DNA of 32,000 bases from Candidatus Portiera aleyrodidarum (GTDB taxonomy: Bacteria > Pseudomonadota > Gammaproteobacteria > Johnevansiales > Johnevansiaceae): NCBI RefSeq assembly GCF_000953395.1, contig NZ_LN649236.1, forward strand, positions 30,001 to 62,000. The letters run 5' to 3'. The notes beneath the pieces are model-generated. The model was not told the origin of the DNA. It saw nothing but the letters and a program-made list of their open reading frames with translations, and searched no databases. Made by a program: the position numbers and the translations under genes. This document shows, one piece after another, positions 1 to 9,969 of this stretch (within the stretch, counting starts at the first letter, position 1; every line of letters begins with the position of its first letter).

Positions 1-551
1 CTCAAATTCATAGAGAAGTAGTTAGTGGTTTATCGTTTCCAATAGGTTTTAAAAATGGAACGGATGGAAATATCTATATAGCTATAGATGCAATTAAAAC
101 AGCAGAAAATAAACATTATCATATTGGTATAGATCAAAAAGGAAGAATTTCTATTATAAAAACAAAAGGTAATATAAATACACACTTAATACTTAGAGGG
201 GGAAATAATGGACCTAATTATTATAAAAATAATATAACTTTATATTGCCAAGCAATGACACGTAAATGTATTAAAGCTAAAATTATGGTAGATTGTAGCC
301 ATTCTAATAGTGGTAAACAACCTGAAAATCAACCATTGGTATTAGATAATATATTAGAACAAAGAATATCTGGTAATAAATCTTTAATAGGAGTAATGTT
401 AGAAAGTAATATAAATAGTGGTTCACAAAATTTAAGCAAAAATCTTAAATATGGAGTATCAATAACTGATGGATGTTTAAGTTGGATAGAAACAGAAACA
501 TTACTTCGTAAAGCTGCAATAAAAATGCGCAAAAATATAAAAAAATTATAA
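1..551 (+). CDS. aroG: 3-deoxy-7-phosphoheptulonate (DAHP) synthase, class I, C-terminal part; 5' end lies outside the window
   Basis: The frame is open from the window edge, with codons starting at nt 3. It reads QIHREVVSGLSFPIGFKNGTDGN...LILRGGNNGPNYY...IMVDCSHSNSGKQ...GVSITDGCLSW. This is collinear with the C-terminal ~180 aa of E. coli AroG/AroF/AroH. The track's Met at 255 is internal. The isoenzyme (G/F/H) cannot be assigned. Confidence 0.9.
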   Translation, partial: QIHREVVSGLSFPIGFKNGTDGNIYIAIDAIKTAENKHYHIGIDQKGRISIIKTKGNINTHLILRGGNNGPNYYKNNITLYCQAMTRKCIKAKIMVDCSHSNSGKQPENQPLVLDNILEQRISGNKSLIGVMLESNINSGSQNLSKNLKYGVSITDGCLSWIETETLLRKAAIKMRKNIKKL

Positions 552-567
552 AAGGTTATTTGTTTAA

Positions 568-2838
568 ATGATAAAAACACATATTTTAGGATATCCGCGT
601 ATAGGACCTAATCGAGAATTAAAAAAAGCATTAGAGTCATATTGGAAAAACGATATTAATTTAAACACATTAGAAAATATTGGAAAAACAATTAGAGTAA
701 ACAATTGGATTACACAATATAAAGCAGGATTATCTTATGTAAGTGTAGGAGATTTTTCTTATTATGATCATATTTTAAATATAACTGCAATGATAGGATC
801 AATACCTAAACGATTTAATCATATTGAAAATAGTATAGTTGATATAAATACATATTTTAATATGGCTAGAGGATGTACAATAAATGGAAAACCTATTTCA
901 GCATGTGAAATGACAAAATTTTTTGATACAAATTATCATTATATTGTACCGGAATTAGAAATAACTAATCAGTTTTATTTATCAAATAATAATATTTTTA
1001 ATGAAGTTAAAGAATGTCAAACTTTAGGTTTAAAACCTAAAGTAGTATTAATTGGTCCTATAACTTATTTATGGTTAGCCAAATCATCTATTAATAAACT
1101 TAATTTTTTACCATCATTAATTAATGTATATTCTAAAATTTTAAAAAAATTAGAAAAACAAAATGTTGAATGGGTCCAATTAGATGAACCAGTTTTAGTA
1201 TTAGAAATACCAAAAATATGGAAGGATTCCTTTGAAATAGCTTATAAAAAATTATCAAAAAAAATAAAACAATTAAAAATAATGCTAGCTACTTATTTTG
1301 GAGGCATAGGTAAGAATATAGATATGGTATTATCGTTACCTATAACCAATCTACATGTCGATGGAGTTAGAGCACATAAAGAATTAGATTTAATTATAAC
1401 CAAATTTCCTAGTGATAAAATTTTATCTATTGGAATTATAAATGGTAGAAATATTTGGAAAGCACATTTAACAAATATTTTTAAAAAATTAAATAAAATT
1501 AAGATTATTCTGAAAAATAGATTGTGGATTTCATCCAGTTGTTCTTTATTACATATACCTATCGATATAAATAAAGAAAAACATATAAATAAGAAAATTT
1601 TAAATTGGTTATCATTTGCAAGACAAAAATTAGATGAAATAGTTATTTTATCTAAATGTGTAACTGATAACAAATATATAACTGATAACACTAAAGCAAT
1701 AGAATCAAGAAATAATTGTGATATTATAAATTCTACTTTAGTAAAAGAACGTATAAAACAAATACAAAATAATTATTTACATCGTAATAATTCATACTTT
1801 AAACGTAAAATTTTACAAAATAAAAAACTTAAACTACCTTTATTACCAACAACTACAATAGGGTCATTTCCTCAAACTAATATAATACGACTTGCTAGAA
1901 AAAATTTTAAAATAGGTAAATTAAATATTGAAGCTTATGAACAAATAATACGTTATCAAATATTATTTATAATAGCTAAACAAACAAGTTATGATCTTGA
2001 TATGTTTGTACATGGTGAACCAGAAAGAAATGATATGGTAGAATATTTTGGTGAAAACCTTAAAGGATTTGTATTTACTAATAATGGTTGGGTACAAAGT
2101 TATGGGTCGCGTTGTGTTAAACCTCCAATAATATATGGAGATATTAAACGTAATAAGCAAATTACAGTCCGATGGATTAAATATGCACAAAACAATAGTT
2201 TCAAACCTGTTAAAGGTATGTTAACAGGTCCAGTCACAATCTTACATTGGTCTTTTGTAAGAGATGATCAACCTAAAGAACAAACATGTAAACAAATAGC
2301 ATTAGCTTTACGGGATGAAGTAAAAGATTTAGAAAATTCAGGTATTAAAGCTATTCAAATAGATGAACCTGCTTTACGTGAAGGTTTACCTTTACATAAA
2401 AAAGATTATAAATATTATTTAAATTGGGCTATATCATGTTTTAAACTCTCATCATCTATAGTAAAAGATTCAACCCAAATTCATACCCATATGTGTTATT
2501 CTCAATTTAATGATATTATAGCATATATATCTGAAATGGATGCCGATGTCATAACTATTGAAACAGCTAGATCCAATATGACATTATTAAATGCTTTTAA
2601 AATTTTTGAATATCCAAATGAAATTGGACCGGGTATATATGATATACATACTACTAATGTACCAAGTATTAAATATATGATTTCTTTAATTAAAAAAGCA
2701 GCTAAAAGTATTCCTATCGATAGGATCTGGATAAATCCGGATTGTGGTTTAAAAACCAGAAAATGGAATGAGGTAGATTCTTCATTAAAAAATATGGTAC
2801 AAGCTGCTTATCAATTAAGAAAGTATTTTAAATACTAA
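568..2838 (+). CDS. metE: Cobalamin-independent methionine synthase
   Basis: 756 aa, about the same length as E. coli MetE. N-terminus MIKTHILGYPRIGPNRELKKALESYW. The C-terminal catalytic half carries IQIDEPALREGLP, HTHMCYS and NPDCGLKTR motifs. Confidence 0.95.
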   Translation: MIKTHILGYPRIGPNRELKKALESYWKNDINLNTLENIGKTIRVNNWITQYKAGLSYVSVGDFSYYDHILNITAMIGSIPKRFNHIENSIVDINTYFNMARGCTINGKPISACEMTKFFDTNYHYIVPELEITNQFYLSNNNIFNEVKECQTLGLKPKVVLIGPITYLWLAKSSINKLNFLPSLINVYSKILKKLEKQNVEWVQLDEPVLVLEIPKIWKDSFEIAYKKLSKKIKQLKIMLATYFGGIGKNIDMVLSLPITNLHVDGVRAHKELDLIITKFPSDKILSIGIINGRNIWKAHLTNIFKKLNKIKIILKNRLWISSSCSLLHIPIDINKEKHINKKILNWLSFARQKLDEIVILSKCVTDNKYITDNTKAIESRNNCDIINSTLVKERIKQIQNNYLHRNNSYFKRKILQNKKLKLPLLPTTTIGSFPQTNIIRLARKNFKIGKLNIEAYEQIIRYQILFIIAKQTSYDLDMFVHGEPERNDMVEYFGENLKGFVFTNNGWVQSYGSRCVKPPIIYGDIKRNKQITVRWIKYAQNNSFKPVKGMLTGPVTILHWSFVRDDQPKEQTCKQIALALRDEVKDLENSGIKAIQIDEPALREGLPLHKKDYKYYLNWAISCFKLSSSIVKDSTQIHTHMCYSQFNDIIAYISEMDADVITIETARSNMTLLNAFKIFEYPNEIGPGIYDIHTTNVPSIKYMISLIKKAAKSIPIDRIWINPDCGLKTRKWNEVDSSLKNMVQAAYQLRKYFKY

Positions 2839-2841
2839 TTT

Positions 2842-4143
2842 CTATAGTATATATTTTGTAAAATCTTCTTTAGGTGCTAACTTATCCAGATTTTTATCTA
2901 CATATTCTTTAGTTACTATTATTTTATTTTCTATTTCATTACCTTTATACATAGGTACTTCTAATAACATTTCCATCACTGTATGTAATCTACGTGCACC
3001 TATATTTTCTGTACATTCATTAAATGAATACGCTATTTCTGCAATACGTTTAATACCTTCTTTAGTAAATTCTATTTTAATCCCTTCAGTATTAAGTAAT
3101 GCTTGATATTGTCGTGTTAAAGCAGAAGATGGTTCAGTAAGTATTCTTTCAAAATCTTTTGGTGTTAATGCAGATAATTCTACATGTATGGGTAATCTAC
3201 CTTGTAATTCAGGAATTAAATCAGATGGTTTTGATAAATGAAAAGCACCAGATGCTATAAACAGTATATGATCTGTTTTTATCATACCATATCTTGTGGA
3301 TACTGATGAACCTTCTATTAAAGGTAATAAATCTCTTTGTACACCTTCTCTCGAAATTTCCGTACCAGTATTATCCCCACTTCTTCTAACAATTTTATCA
3401 ATTTCATCAATAAACACTATACCATTTTGTTCTACTGCTTCAATAGCACTTTTTTTTATAGTATCATCACTTATTAATTTAGCTGACTCTTCTTCCATTA
3501 ATAATTTTCTTGCTTCTACAATAGTAATTTTCCGATTTTCACGATTTTGTTTATTTATATTAGAAAATATACTTTGTAATTGATTAGCCATTTCTTCCAT
3601 CCCCGGAGGGGTCATAATATCAATACCTGATACTTTTTGAGTAATTTTAATATCTATTTCTTTATTTTCTAATTCACCGTTCCGTAATTTTTTTATAATA
3701 ATTTTACGATTTTCAATATTATCAGTTTCTTTATTTTTTGATGATAAAATCGCATCTATTATTCTTTCTTCTACTGCATATTTAGCTTTATTTCTTATTT
3801 GTTTATTAGCTTTTTCTTTTACTAATTTAATAGCAATTTCTATTAAATCACGTATTATAGATTCTACATCACGACCAACATATCCTACTTCTGTAAATTT
3901 GGTAGCTTCAACTTTAATAAATGGTGCATTAGCTAGTTTTGCTAATCTTCTAGCAATTTCTGTTTTTCCTACTCCTGTAGGACCAATCATTAAAATATTT
4001 TTTGGTGTTATTTCTGCACGTAAATTATAATCTAATTGCATTCTTCTCCATCTATTTCTTAATGCAATAGCAACAGCTTTTTTAGCTTTTTCTTGTCCAA
4101 TAATATATTTATTTAATTCTTCAACTATTTTTTTTGGAGTCAT
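2842..4143 (-). CDS. hslU: ATP-dependent protease ATPase subunit HslU
   Basis: 433 aa. [34 protein letters not shown], Walker [16 protein letters not shown], Walker [24 protein letters not shown]. It lies directly downstream of hslV. Confidence 0.95.
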   Translation of the reverse strand: MTPKKIVEELNKYIIGQEKAKKAVAIALRNRWRRMQLDYNLRAEITPKNILMIGPTGVGKTEIARRLAKLANAPFIKVEATKFTEVGYVGRDVESIIRDLIEIAIKLVKEKANKQIRNKAKYAVEERIIDAILSSKNKETDNIENRKIIIKKLRNGELENKEIDIKITQKVSGIDIMTPPGMEEMANQLQSIFSNINKQNRENRKITIVEARKLLMEEESAKLISDDTIKKSAIEAVEQNGIVFIDEIDKIVRRSGDNTGTEISREGVQRDLLPLIEGSSVSTRYGMIKTDHILFIASGAFHLSKPSDLIPELQGRLPIHVELSALTPKDFERILTEPSSALTRQYQALLNTEGIKIEFTKEGIKRIAEIAYSFNECTENIGARRLHTVMEMLLEVPMYKGNEIENKIIVTKEYVDKNLDKLAPKEDFTKYIL

Positions 4144-4170
4144 ATTTTACCCCACCCTTTTATTTTTTTA

Positions 4171-4692
4171 TTAATCCAATAATTCGATAGTAATATTTTT
4201 ATTTGTAAAAACACATATATCCGCTGCTATATTAATACTTTTTTTTACTATATCAAAAGCTGATATATTAGTATTTTCTAAAAGCGCCCTAGCTACAGCA
4301 TTAGCGTAATTGCCGCCTGAACCAATAGTAATTATACCATTTTCAGGTTCTAAAATATCTCCAATTCCAGTAATAATTAAAGATATATTTTTATCAGCTA
4401 CTGCTAACATAGCTTCTAATCTACGTAAAACTCTATCATTTCTCCATTCTTTTGCTAATTCTACTGAAGCTTTAATTAAATTACCTTGATACTTTTCAAG
4501 TTGTGCTTCAAATAATTCAAATAATGTAAATGCATCTGCTGTACCTCCAGCAAAACCAGATAATACTTGACCTTTATAAACTTTACGTACTTTAGAAGCA
4601 TTACTTTTAATTACTGTATTTCCAAGTGTAACTTGGCCATCACCCGCTATAGCAACTTTATTATTTCTTCTTACTGATACTATTGTAGTCAT
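4171..4692 (-). CDS. hslV: ATP-dependent protease proteolytic subunit HslV
   Basis: 173 aa. MTTIVSVRR (Thr nucleophile after Met), [27 protein letters not shown]. In an operon with hslU. Confidence 0.95.
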   Translation of the reverse strand: MTTIVSVRRNNKVAIAGDGQVTLGNTVIKSNASKVRKVYKGQVLSGFAGGTADAFTLFELFEAQLEKYQGNLIKASVELAKEWRNDRVLRRLEAMLAVADKNISLIITGIGDILEPENGIITIGSGGNYANAVARALLENTNISAFDIVKKSINIAADICVFTNKNITIELLD

Positions 4693-4800
4693 TTATATAA
4701 CTCTATTAATTTATTTTATATAATTAATTGATTATTAATAATTTATATTTTACTATTATAATAAAAAAAATATAGATATAAGTGTAAAAATGAATAAATT

Positions 4801-5004
4801 ATGAAAAAAAATATTCATCCTAAATATAATAATGTTATAATAAAATGTTCTTGTGGTAAAGTTTTTAATATAAAATCAACTTTAAAAAAAAATTTCTTTA
4901 TTGAGATTTGTTCACATTGTCATCCAGTTTATACTGGTAAACAAAAAAAAATAAATATAGGTAATAGAATTGACAGGTTTAATAAACAGTTTGGTACAAC
5001 TTAA
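4801..5004 (+). CDS. rpmE: 50S ribosomal protein L31 (zinc-binding type)
   Basis: 67 aa. MKKNIHPKY..., with Cys at positions 16, 18, 37 and 40 (CSCG...CSHCHPVYTGKQ). Confidence 0.9.
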   Translation: MKKNIHPKYNNVIIKCSCGKVFNIKSTLKKNFFIEICSHCHPVYTGKQKKINIGNRIDRFNKQFGTT

Positions 5005-5537
5005 TGTTATATCATAATATTGTTCTTATAGGTCCTATGGGAACAGGTAAAAGTACTATTGGAAAAATAGTATCTAATAAATTTAAATGTAAGTTTTATG
5101 ATATAGATAAGGAAATTGAAAAAAAATGTGGTTGTAAAATTTATGATATTTTTTTATTAGAAGGAGAAAATAGTTTTCGTAAAAGAGAACATAAAATAAT
5201 AAAAGATTTTTCTAAAAAAAATGGAGTAGTAATTTCAACAGGTGGTGGTAGTATAATTAATTTAAAAAATATACAGTTATTAAGAAATAATAGTATTGTT
5301 ATATATTTATATACTTCAGTATATTATCAAATCCAACGTATCCAACGTATAGATAAGATTTTTAATAATCGTCCTTTATTAAAAGGTAAAAATTACAAAA
5401 AAAAATTATATAACATATTTAAACTTCGTGAACCTTTTTATCATTATATTGCTGATATTATTATTAATACTGAAAAAAAAATAGAAGTAATTATAAAAGA
5501 AATAAAAAAAAGGATATATTTTATTGAAAATCATTAA
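5004..5537 (+). CDS. aroK: Shikimate kinase
   Basis: 177 aa. Walker A LIGPMGTGKSTIGK, STGGGS and NRPLL motifs. The ATG overlaps the rpmE stop (TAATG). The aroK-aroB order is conserved. Confidence 0.9.
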   Translation: MLYHNIVLIGPMGTGKSTIGKIVSNKFKCKFYDIDKEIEKKCGCKIYDIFLLEGENSFRKREHKIIKDFSKKNGVVISTGGGSIINLKNIQLLRNNSIVIYLYTSVYYQIQRIQRIDKIFNNRPLLKGKNYKKKLYNIFKLREPFYHYIADIIINTEKKIEVIIKEIKKRIYFIENH

Positions 5538-6615
5538 AATAAATATTTTAAATAGTAATTATCCAATATATATTGGAACCGGTTTATTAAAAAAAGGTGT
5601 ATATATACCTTATATATTTGGTAAACAAATAATGATTGTAACTAATAAAATTTTATCATCATTATATTTAAATATATTAAAAAAAAAATTACATTTATAT
5701 AATGTAAAAGTAATTATTTTACCTGATGGGGAAAAATACAAAAATATTTCATCAGTTAATAATATATGGGATTTACTTATAAAATATGGTTTTAATCGTA
5801 ATTGTACATTAATTTCTCTTGGTGGTGGAGTTATAGGTGATATTTCAGGGTTTACTGCATCTTGTTATCAAAGAGGTATTTCAATTATACATATTCCTAC
5901 TACTTTATTATCTCAAGTAGATTCTTCTATAGGTGGAAAAACAGGTGTAAATCATGAAAAAGTAAAAAATATGATTGGATCTTTTTTTCAACCAAAAGCA
6001 GTAATTATAGATACAGATATAATTAATACATTAAATAATAGAGAAATATCGGCAGGTATTTCTGAAATTATAAAATATAGTTTAATATGTGATTATAGTT
6101 TTTTTAAATGGTTAGAAAACAATATAAAAAATTTATTAAAGTTAAATAAAAAAATATTAAAATTGTCTATTTTAAAAAGTTGTATTATTAAATCTAATTT
6201 TTTTATAAAAGATGAAAAAGAAAAAAATATAAGAGCTTTGCTAAATTTAGGACACACATTTGGTCATTCTATTGAACAATATAAAGGATATGGTAATTGG
6301 TTACATGGGGAAGCTATATCTGTAGGTATAATGATTGCAACAAAAATATCAATATATTTAGGCAAACTTAAAGAAAAAAATTTATATAGAATATCTAATT
6401 TATTATCAAAATCTAATCTTCCTATATATATTCCTATAGATATGAAATCAAAAAATTTTATTAATTTAATAAAATTAGATAAAAAAAATTTATATGAAAA
6501 GATAAGATTAATATTATTAAATAATATAGGTAATGCCTATATACAAAATAATATAAATGAAAAATTATTATGTAATATAATAGATTTTTTACCTAAAAAA
6601 AATAAAAGTTTTTAA
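5524..6615 (+). CDS. aroB: 3-dehydroquinate synthase
   Basis: 363 aa. GGGVIGDISGFTAS, VDSSIGGKTGVNH, LNLGHTFGHSIE, HGEAISVG. TTG start with AAGGA about 9 nt upstream. Overlaps the aroK 3' end by 14 nt. Confidence 0.9.
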   Translation: MKIIKINILNSNYPIYIGTGLLKKGVYIPYIFGKQIMIVTNKILSSLYLNILKKKLHLYNVKVIILPDGEKYKNISSVNNIWDLLIKYGFNRNCTLISLGGGVIGDISGFTASCYQRGISIIHIPTTLLSQVDSSIGGKTGVNHEKVKNMIGSFFQPKAVIIDTDIINTLNNREISAGISEIIKYSLICDYSFFKWLENNIKNLLKLNKKILKLSILKSCIIKSNFFIKDEKEKNIRALLNLGHTFGHSIEQYKGYGNWLHGEAISVGIMIATKISIYLGKLKEKNLYRISNLLSKSNLPIYIPIDMKSKNFINLIKLDKKNLYEKIRLILLNNIGNAYIQNNINEKLLCNIIDFLPKKNKSF

Positions 6616-6635
6616 CTAGGTAGGTAGCAAGAATT

Positions 6636-8264
6636 ATGCTTATCTCAACACAACAAGCTTTTCAAGCAAAAAATAAATTACCAAAGAAAAAAAATAGTTT
6701 ATTTACCCCATTAACATTTAAACCTTTTAGAATAATATGGTTTGCAGATTTAATTGCAAATTTAGGTACATGGGCACAATCGGTAGCTTCTGTTTGGATA
6801 TTAACTGAATATCATGCAAGTTCTATAACTTTAGCAATGATACAAGTAGTTACAGCTTTACCTTTAGTATTATTATCTATTATTTCCGGTGTATGGGCTG
6901 ATAATTATGATAGACGTAAACTTATGTTAATGGGAATGTTTTTAGAATTTACTGGTGGGGCTTTAATTACGTCTTTCGCTTTTATTGGTTATTTAAATTC
7001 TACAAAATTAATATTATCTATATTAGGAATGTCTATAGGTGCTTCTTTAGCAGTACCAGCATGGCAAGCAGCAATAAATGAACAAGTTTCTAAAAATCAA
7101 GTTACTAATGCTGTAATTTTAAATAGTGTTAATTATAATTTTGCAAGAGCAGTAGGCCCAGTAATAGGTGGTATTCTTATAAATACAGTGGGTACTGCTT
7201 GGGTATTTTTACTTAATTGTTTATGTTATTTAGGATTAATTTGGGCAGTTTGGCAATGGAAACAAATTTATCCTAAAAGAATTTTACCACCAGAACATAT
7301 ATATGAAGGGGTTATTTCAGCCTTCAAATTTGCTAAATATTCTAAAGTTATGAGATCTGTTATGTTAAGATCTTTTGTTTTTGGTCTTTCAGCTAGTGCT
7401 TTATGGGCCTTGCTTCCAGTATTAGCTAATACTAAAGCTTCAATATATGGTTATATGTTAGGAGCTTTAGGTACAGGCGCTATTATTGGTAGTGCAATAG
7501 TAACTAAATTATGTAAGTTAGTAGATACTAATAAAATGATTAGTTCGGCTTCTATATTATTAAGTATAGTAATGTTAGTCATTGGAAGTTTAAATATCAA
7601 ATTATTAATTTTTGGAGCATTAATGATAGGAGGGAGTTGTTGGATAACAGTATTAGCCAGTTATAATTCATCAGTTCAAATGTTAGTACCTGATTGGGTT
7701 AAAGCTAGAGCTTTAGCACTTTATCAAACTACGTTATATGCCGGTTTAGCAATTGGTTCTTTTTGTTGGGGACATATAGCTGGTATTATAAATGTCAAAT
7801 TTGGATTATTAATAGCAGGTTTATTATTATTAATATCTACTATAGCTTTATTAAAATTAAAATTACCCAAATTAGATGATAAAAATAATAGTATAAGGCA
7901 TCATGTACAGCCTAAATATAATAAAAATAAATTAGAATTTTCTAAATATAAAGAATCAATAATAGTATCAAGTGAATATTGTATTCCTGTTAATAAAACC
8001 AATGATTTTATTAATATTATAATTAAATTAAGAAATGTTAGATTGCGTAATGGTGCTAAATCTTGGTCCTTATATCGTAATGTTGAAGATAAAGAAATAT
8101 GGCAAGAAATATTTTTAATACGTAATTGGTTACAATATTTAAGAATGTTAAGTAGAATAACAATTGCCGATAAAATTATTATAGATAAAGTTAATAAAAT
8201 GCATATAGGTATCAAACCACCTAGAACATATCAAGGAATACAACAAATCAAACCAAAATTCTAA
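6636..8264 (+). CDS. MFS transporter (EntS / MFS_3-like) with a soluble C-terminal extension of about 120 aa
   Basis: 542 aa. About 12 predicted hydrophobic helices. The start ([21 protein letters not shown]...[11 protein letters not shown]) is typical of the MFS_3 (enterobactin-exporter-like) family. The hydrophilic tail (from about nt 7890 to 8261) reads [37 protein letters not shown]. Substrate unknown. Confidence 0.75.
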   Translation: MLISTQQAFQAKNKLPKKKNSLFTPLTFKPFRIIWFADLIANLGTWAQSVASVWILTEYHASSITLAMIQVVTALPLVLLSIISGVWADNYDRRKLMLMGMFLEFTGGALITSFAFIGYLNSTKLILSILGMSIGASLAVPAWQAAINEQVSKNQVTNAVILNSVNYNFARAVGPVIGGILINTVGTAWVFLLNCLCYLGLIWAVWQWKQIYPKRILPPEHIYEGVISAFKFAKYSKVMRSVMLRSFVFGLSASALWALLPVLANTKASIYGYMLGALGTGAIIGSAIVTKLCKLVDTNKMISSASILLSIVMLVIGSLNIKLLIFGALMIGGSCWITVLASYNSSVQMLVPDWVKARALALYQTTLYAGLAIGSFCWGHIAGIINVKFGLLIAGLLLLISTIALLKLKLPKLDDKNNSIRHHVQPKYNKNKLEFSKYKESIIVSSEYCIPVNKTNDFINIIIKLRNVRLRNGAKSWSLYRNVEDKEIWQEIFLIRNWLQYLRMLSRITIADKIIIDKVNKMHIGIKPPRTYQGIQQIKPKF

Positions 8265-9891
8265 ATATTCTTAATAGTTTTTTCCATATCCGTGAAAAAA
8301 AATTATTATATGATGTAATATGATTTGCAGTACTAACAGCTGCTTTTTCTGTACGAAGTTTTTCTTTATTTTCTATATAATTATTTTTTTTACGTACAAG
8401 ATTCTTATTACTATATTTTTCTCCAAAAATTTGATCATCACGTAATCTTTCTACTGCATAATGTGGAGTATCCATATCTGGTTCTGGTATAATTATAATT
8501 TTTACATCTTGTCTTAATTCTATATTAACTATAATGTTTCTTTTTTCATTTAATAAATAAGTAGCAATTGATACTGGTAAAACAGCTCTAATTTTAGAAC
8601 TATTATCTTTCATCGCTTCTTCTTCTATTAAACGTAAGATAGAAAGAGATAAAGAACTAACATCACGTATTGTACCTTGTCCATTACATCTTGGACATAC
8701 TATACCACTAGTTTCCCGCAAAGATGGACGTAATCGTTGTCTAGACATTTCCATTAAACCAAACCTTGAAATACGACCTACTTGAATACGTGCACTATCA
8801 AGTTTAATAGATGCACGAATTCTATTTTCTACTTCTCTTTGGTTTCTTGTTAAAGACATATCAATAAAATCAATTACTACTAACCCACCAATATCACGTA
8901 ATCTTAATTGTCTACCTAGTTCATCAGCTGCTTCTAAATTTGTGTGTAAAGCTGTTTCTTCTATATCATCCCCTCTAGTAGCACGTGCTGAATTAATATC
9001 TATAGATACTAAAGCTTCTGTAGTATCAATAAAAATTGATCCACCTGAAGGTAATTTAACTTCTCTTTGATAAGCAGTTGCAATTTGAGATTCAATTTTA
9101 AATCTAGTAAAAAGAGGTATTTCATCTTTATAAAGTTTAATTTTTTTTTGATAATTAGGCATAACTTGTTTAATAAAATTAAGAGCATCATTATAAATAT
9201 ATTCACTATCTATTAAAACCTCGCCTATATCTTGTCTTAAATAATCACGCATTGCACGAATAATAACATTAGATTCTCTATATATTAAAAATGGAGCATA
9301 TCTTTTATTTGCTTCTTCTGTAATTGCTTCCCAAATTTGAAGTAAATAATTTAAATCACATTGTAAATCTTTACTTGAACGGCCAATACCTGCTGTTCTA
9401 ACTATTATTCCCATATTCTTAGGTATAAATAAATTATTTATAGCTTCTTTTAATTGAAACCTATCAGCCCCAGTAATACGTCTAGAAATACCTCCTGATC
9501 TAGGATTATTAGGCATTAATACTAAAAATCTACCTGCTAAACTAATATAAGTTGTTAAAGCAGCGCCTTTAGTACTACGTTCTTCTTTATCCACTTGCAC
9601 TATTAGTTCTTGACCTTCTTTAAGTAAATCTCTAATATTAGAATTACAATCCTTTAATAAATATTCATTAGATATTTCTTTAATAGGTAAAAACCCATGT
9701 CTTTCTGCTCCAAAATCAACAAAAGCTGCTTCTAAGCTAGGTTCTATTCTAACAATTTTAGCACGATATATATTAGATTTTTTTTGTTCTTTAGCACAAA
9801 ACTCAATATCTAAATCATATAATACTTGACCATCTACCAGTGCAACTCTTAATTCTTCTGGTTGGGTCGCATTAATAAGAATTCTTTTCAT
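8248..9891 (-). CDS. rne: Ribonuclease E, catalytic N-terminal half only
   Basis: 547 aa. [30 protein letters not shown] closely matches the E. coli RNase E N-terminus. S1 domain, DNase-I-like core and the Zn-link CPRCNGQG are present. It is divergent from rluC, as in E. coli. The long C-terminal scaffold is absent. Confidence 0.9.
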   Translation of the reverse strand: MKRILINATQPEELRVALVDGQVLYDLDIEFCAKEQKKSNIYRAKIVRIEPSLEAAFVDFGAERHGFLPIKEISNEYLLKDCNSNIRDLLKEGQELIVQVDKEERSTKGAALTTYISLAGRFLVLMPNNPRSGGISRRITGADRFQLKEAINNLFIPKNMGIIVRTAGIGRSSKDLQCDLNYLLQIWEAITEEANKRYAPFLIYRESNVIIRAMRDYLRQDIGEVLIDSEYIYNDALNFIKQVMPNYQKKIKLYKDEIPLFTRFKIESQIATAYQREVKLPSGGSIFIDTTEALVSIDINSARATRGDDIEETALHTNLEAADELGRQLRLRDIGGLVVIDFIDMSLTRNQREVENRIRASIKLDSARIQVGRISRFGLMEMSRQRLRPSLRETSGIVCPRCNGQGTIRDVSSLSLSILRLIEEEAMKDNSSKIRAVLPVSIATYLLNEKRNIIVNIELRQDVKIIIIPEPDMDTPHYAVERLRDDQIFGEKYSNKNLVRKKNNYIENKEKLRTEKAAVSTANHITSYNNFFSRIWKKLLRIFRILV

Positions 9892-9969
9892 TTCTAAGTT
9901 TTCTTTTTATCCTATTTTTTGTTAATATGTTTTTATATAAATAATAAAATATATCAGTCAAGATAAATA

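Noticed and set aside
255-551. The track ORF suggests a 98-aa protein starting at Met 255.
   Set aside because: The frame is open back to nt 3 with continuous DAHP synthase homology, so Met 255 is internal.
329-580. 83-aa minus-strand ORF.
   Set aside because: It is an antisense shadow of aroG and the metE start in AT-rich DNA. It is low complexity and has no recognisable motifs.
1293-2190. Minus-strand ORFs 1293..1691 (132 aa) and 1963..2190 (75 aa).
   Set aside because: They lie fully inside the well-supported metE gene on the opposite strand. They are Ile/Phe/Leu-rich, as expected for antisense of Lys/Asn/Glu-rich coding sequence.
3296-3583. 95-aa plus-strand ORF.
   Set aside because: Antisense shadow inside hslU.
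4693-4800. Search for a sigma32 heat-shock promoter (CTTGAAA...CCCCAT) upstream of hslVU in the hslV/rpmE divergent spacer.
   Set aside because: The spacer is almost pure A/T and has no CCCCAT-like element. No specific promoter can be supported by eye.
6636-8264. Somewhat higher G+C in the MFS gene, and in the LysE gene at 22097..22699, as a possible sign of horizontal transfer.
   Set aside because: The shift is explained by hydrophobic amino-acid composition (Gly, Ala, Leu, Val and Trp codons, few Lys/Asn). Third positions still look A/T-biased, and there are no flanking mobile-element signatures.
7901-9206. Minus-strand ORFs 7901..8215 (104 aa) and 9009..9206 (65 aa).
   Set aside because: The first is antisense within the MFS gene. 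The second is an alternative frame within rne. Neither shows any motif.
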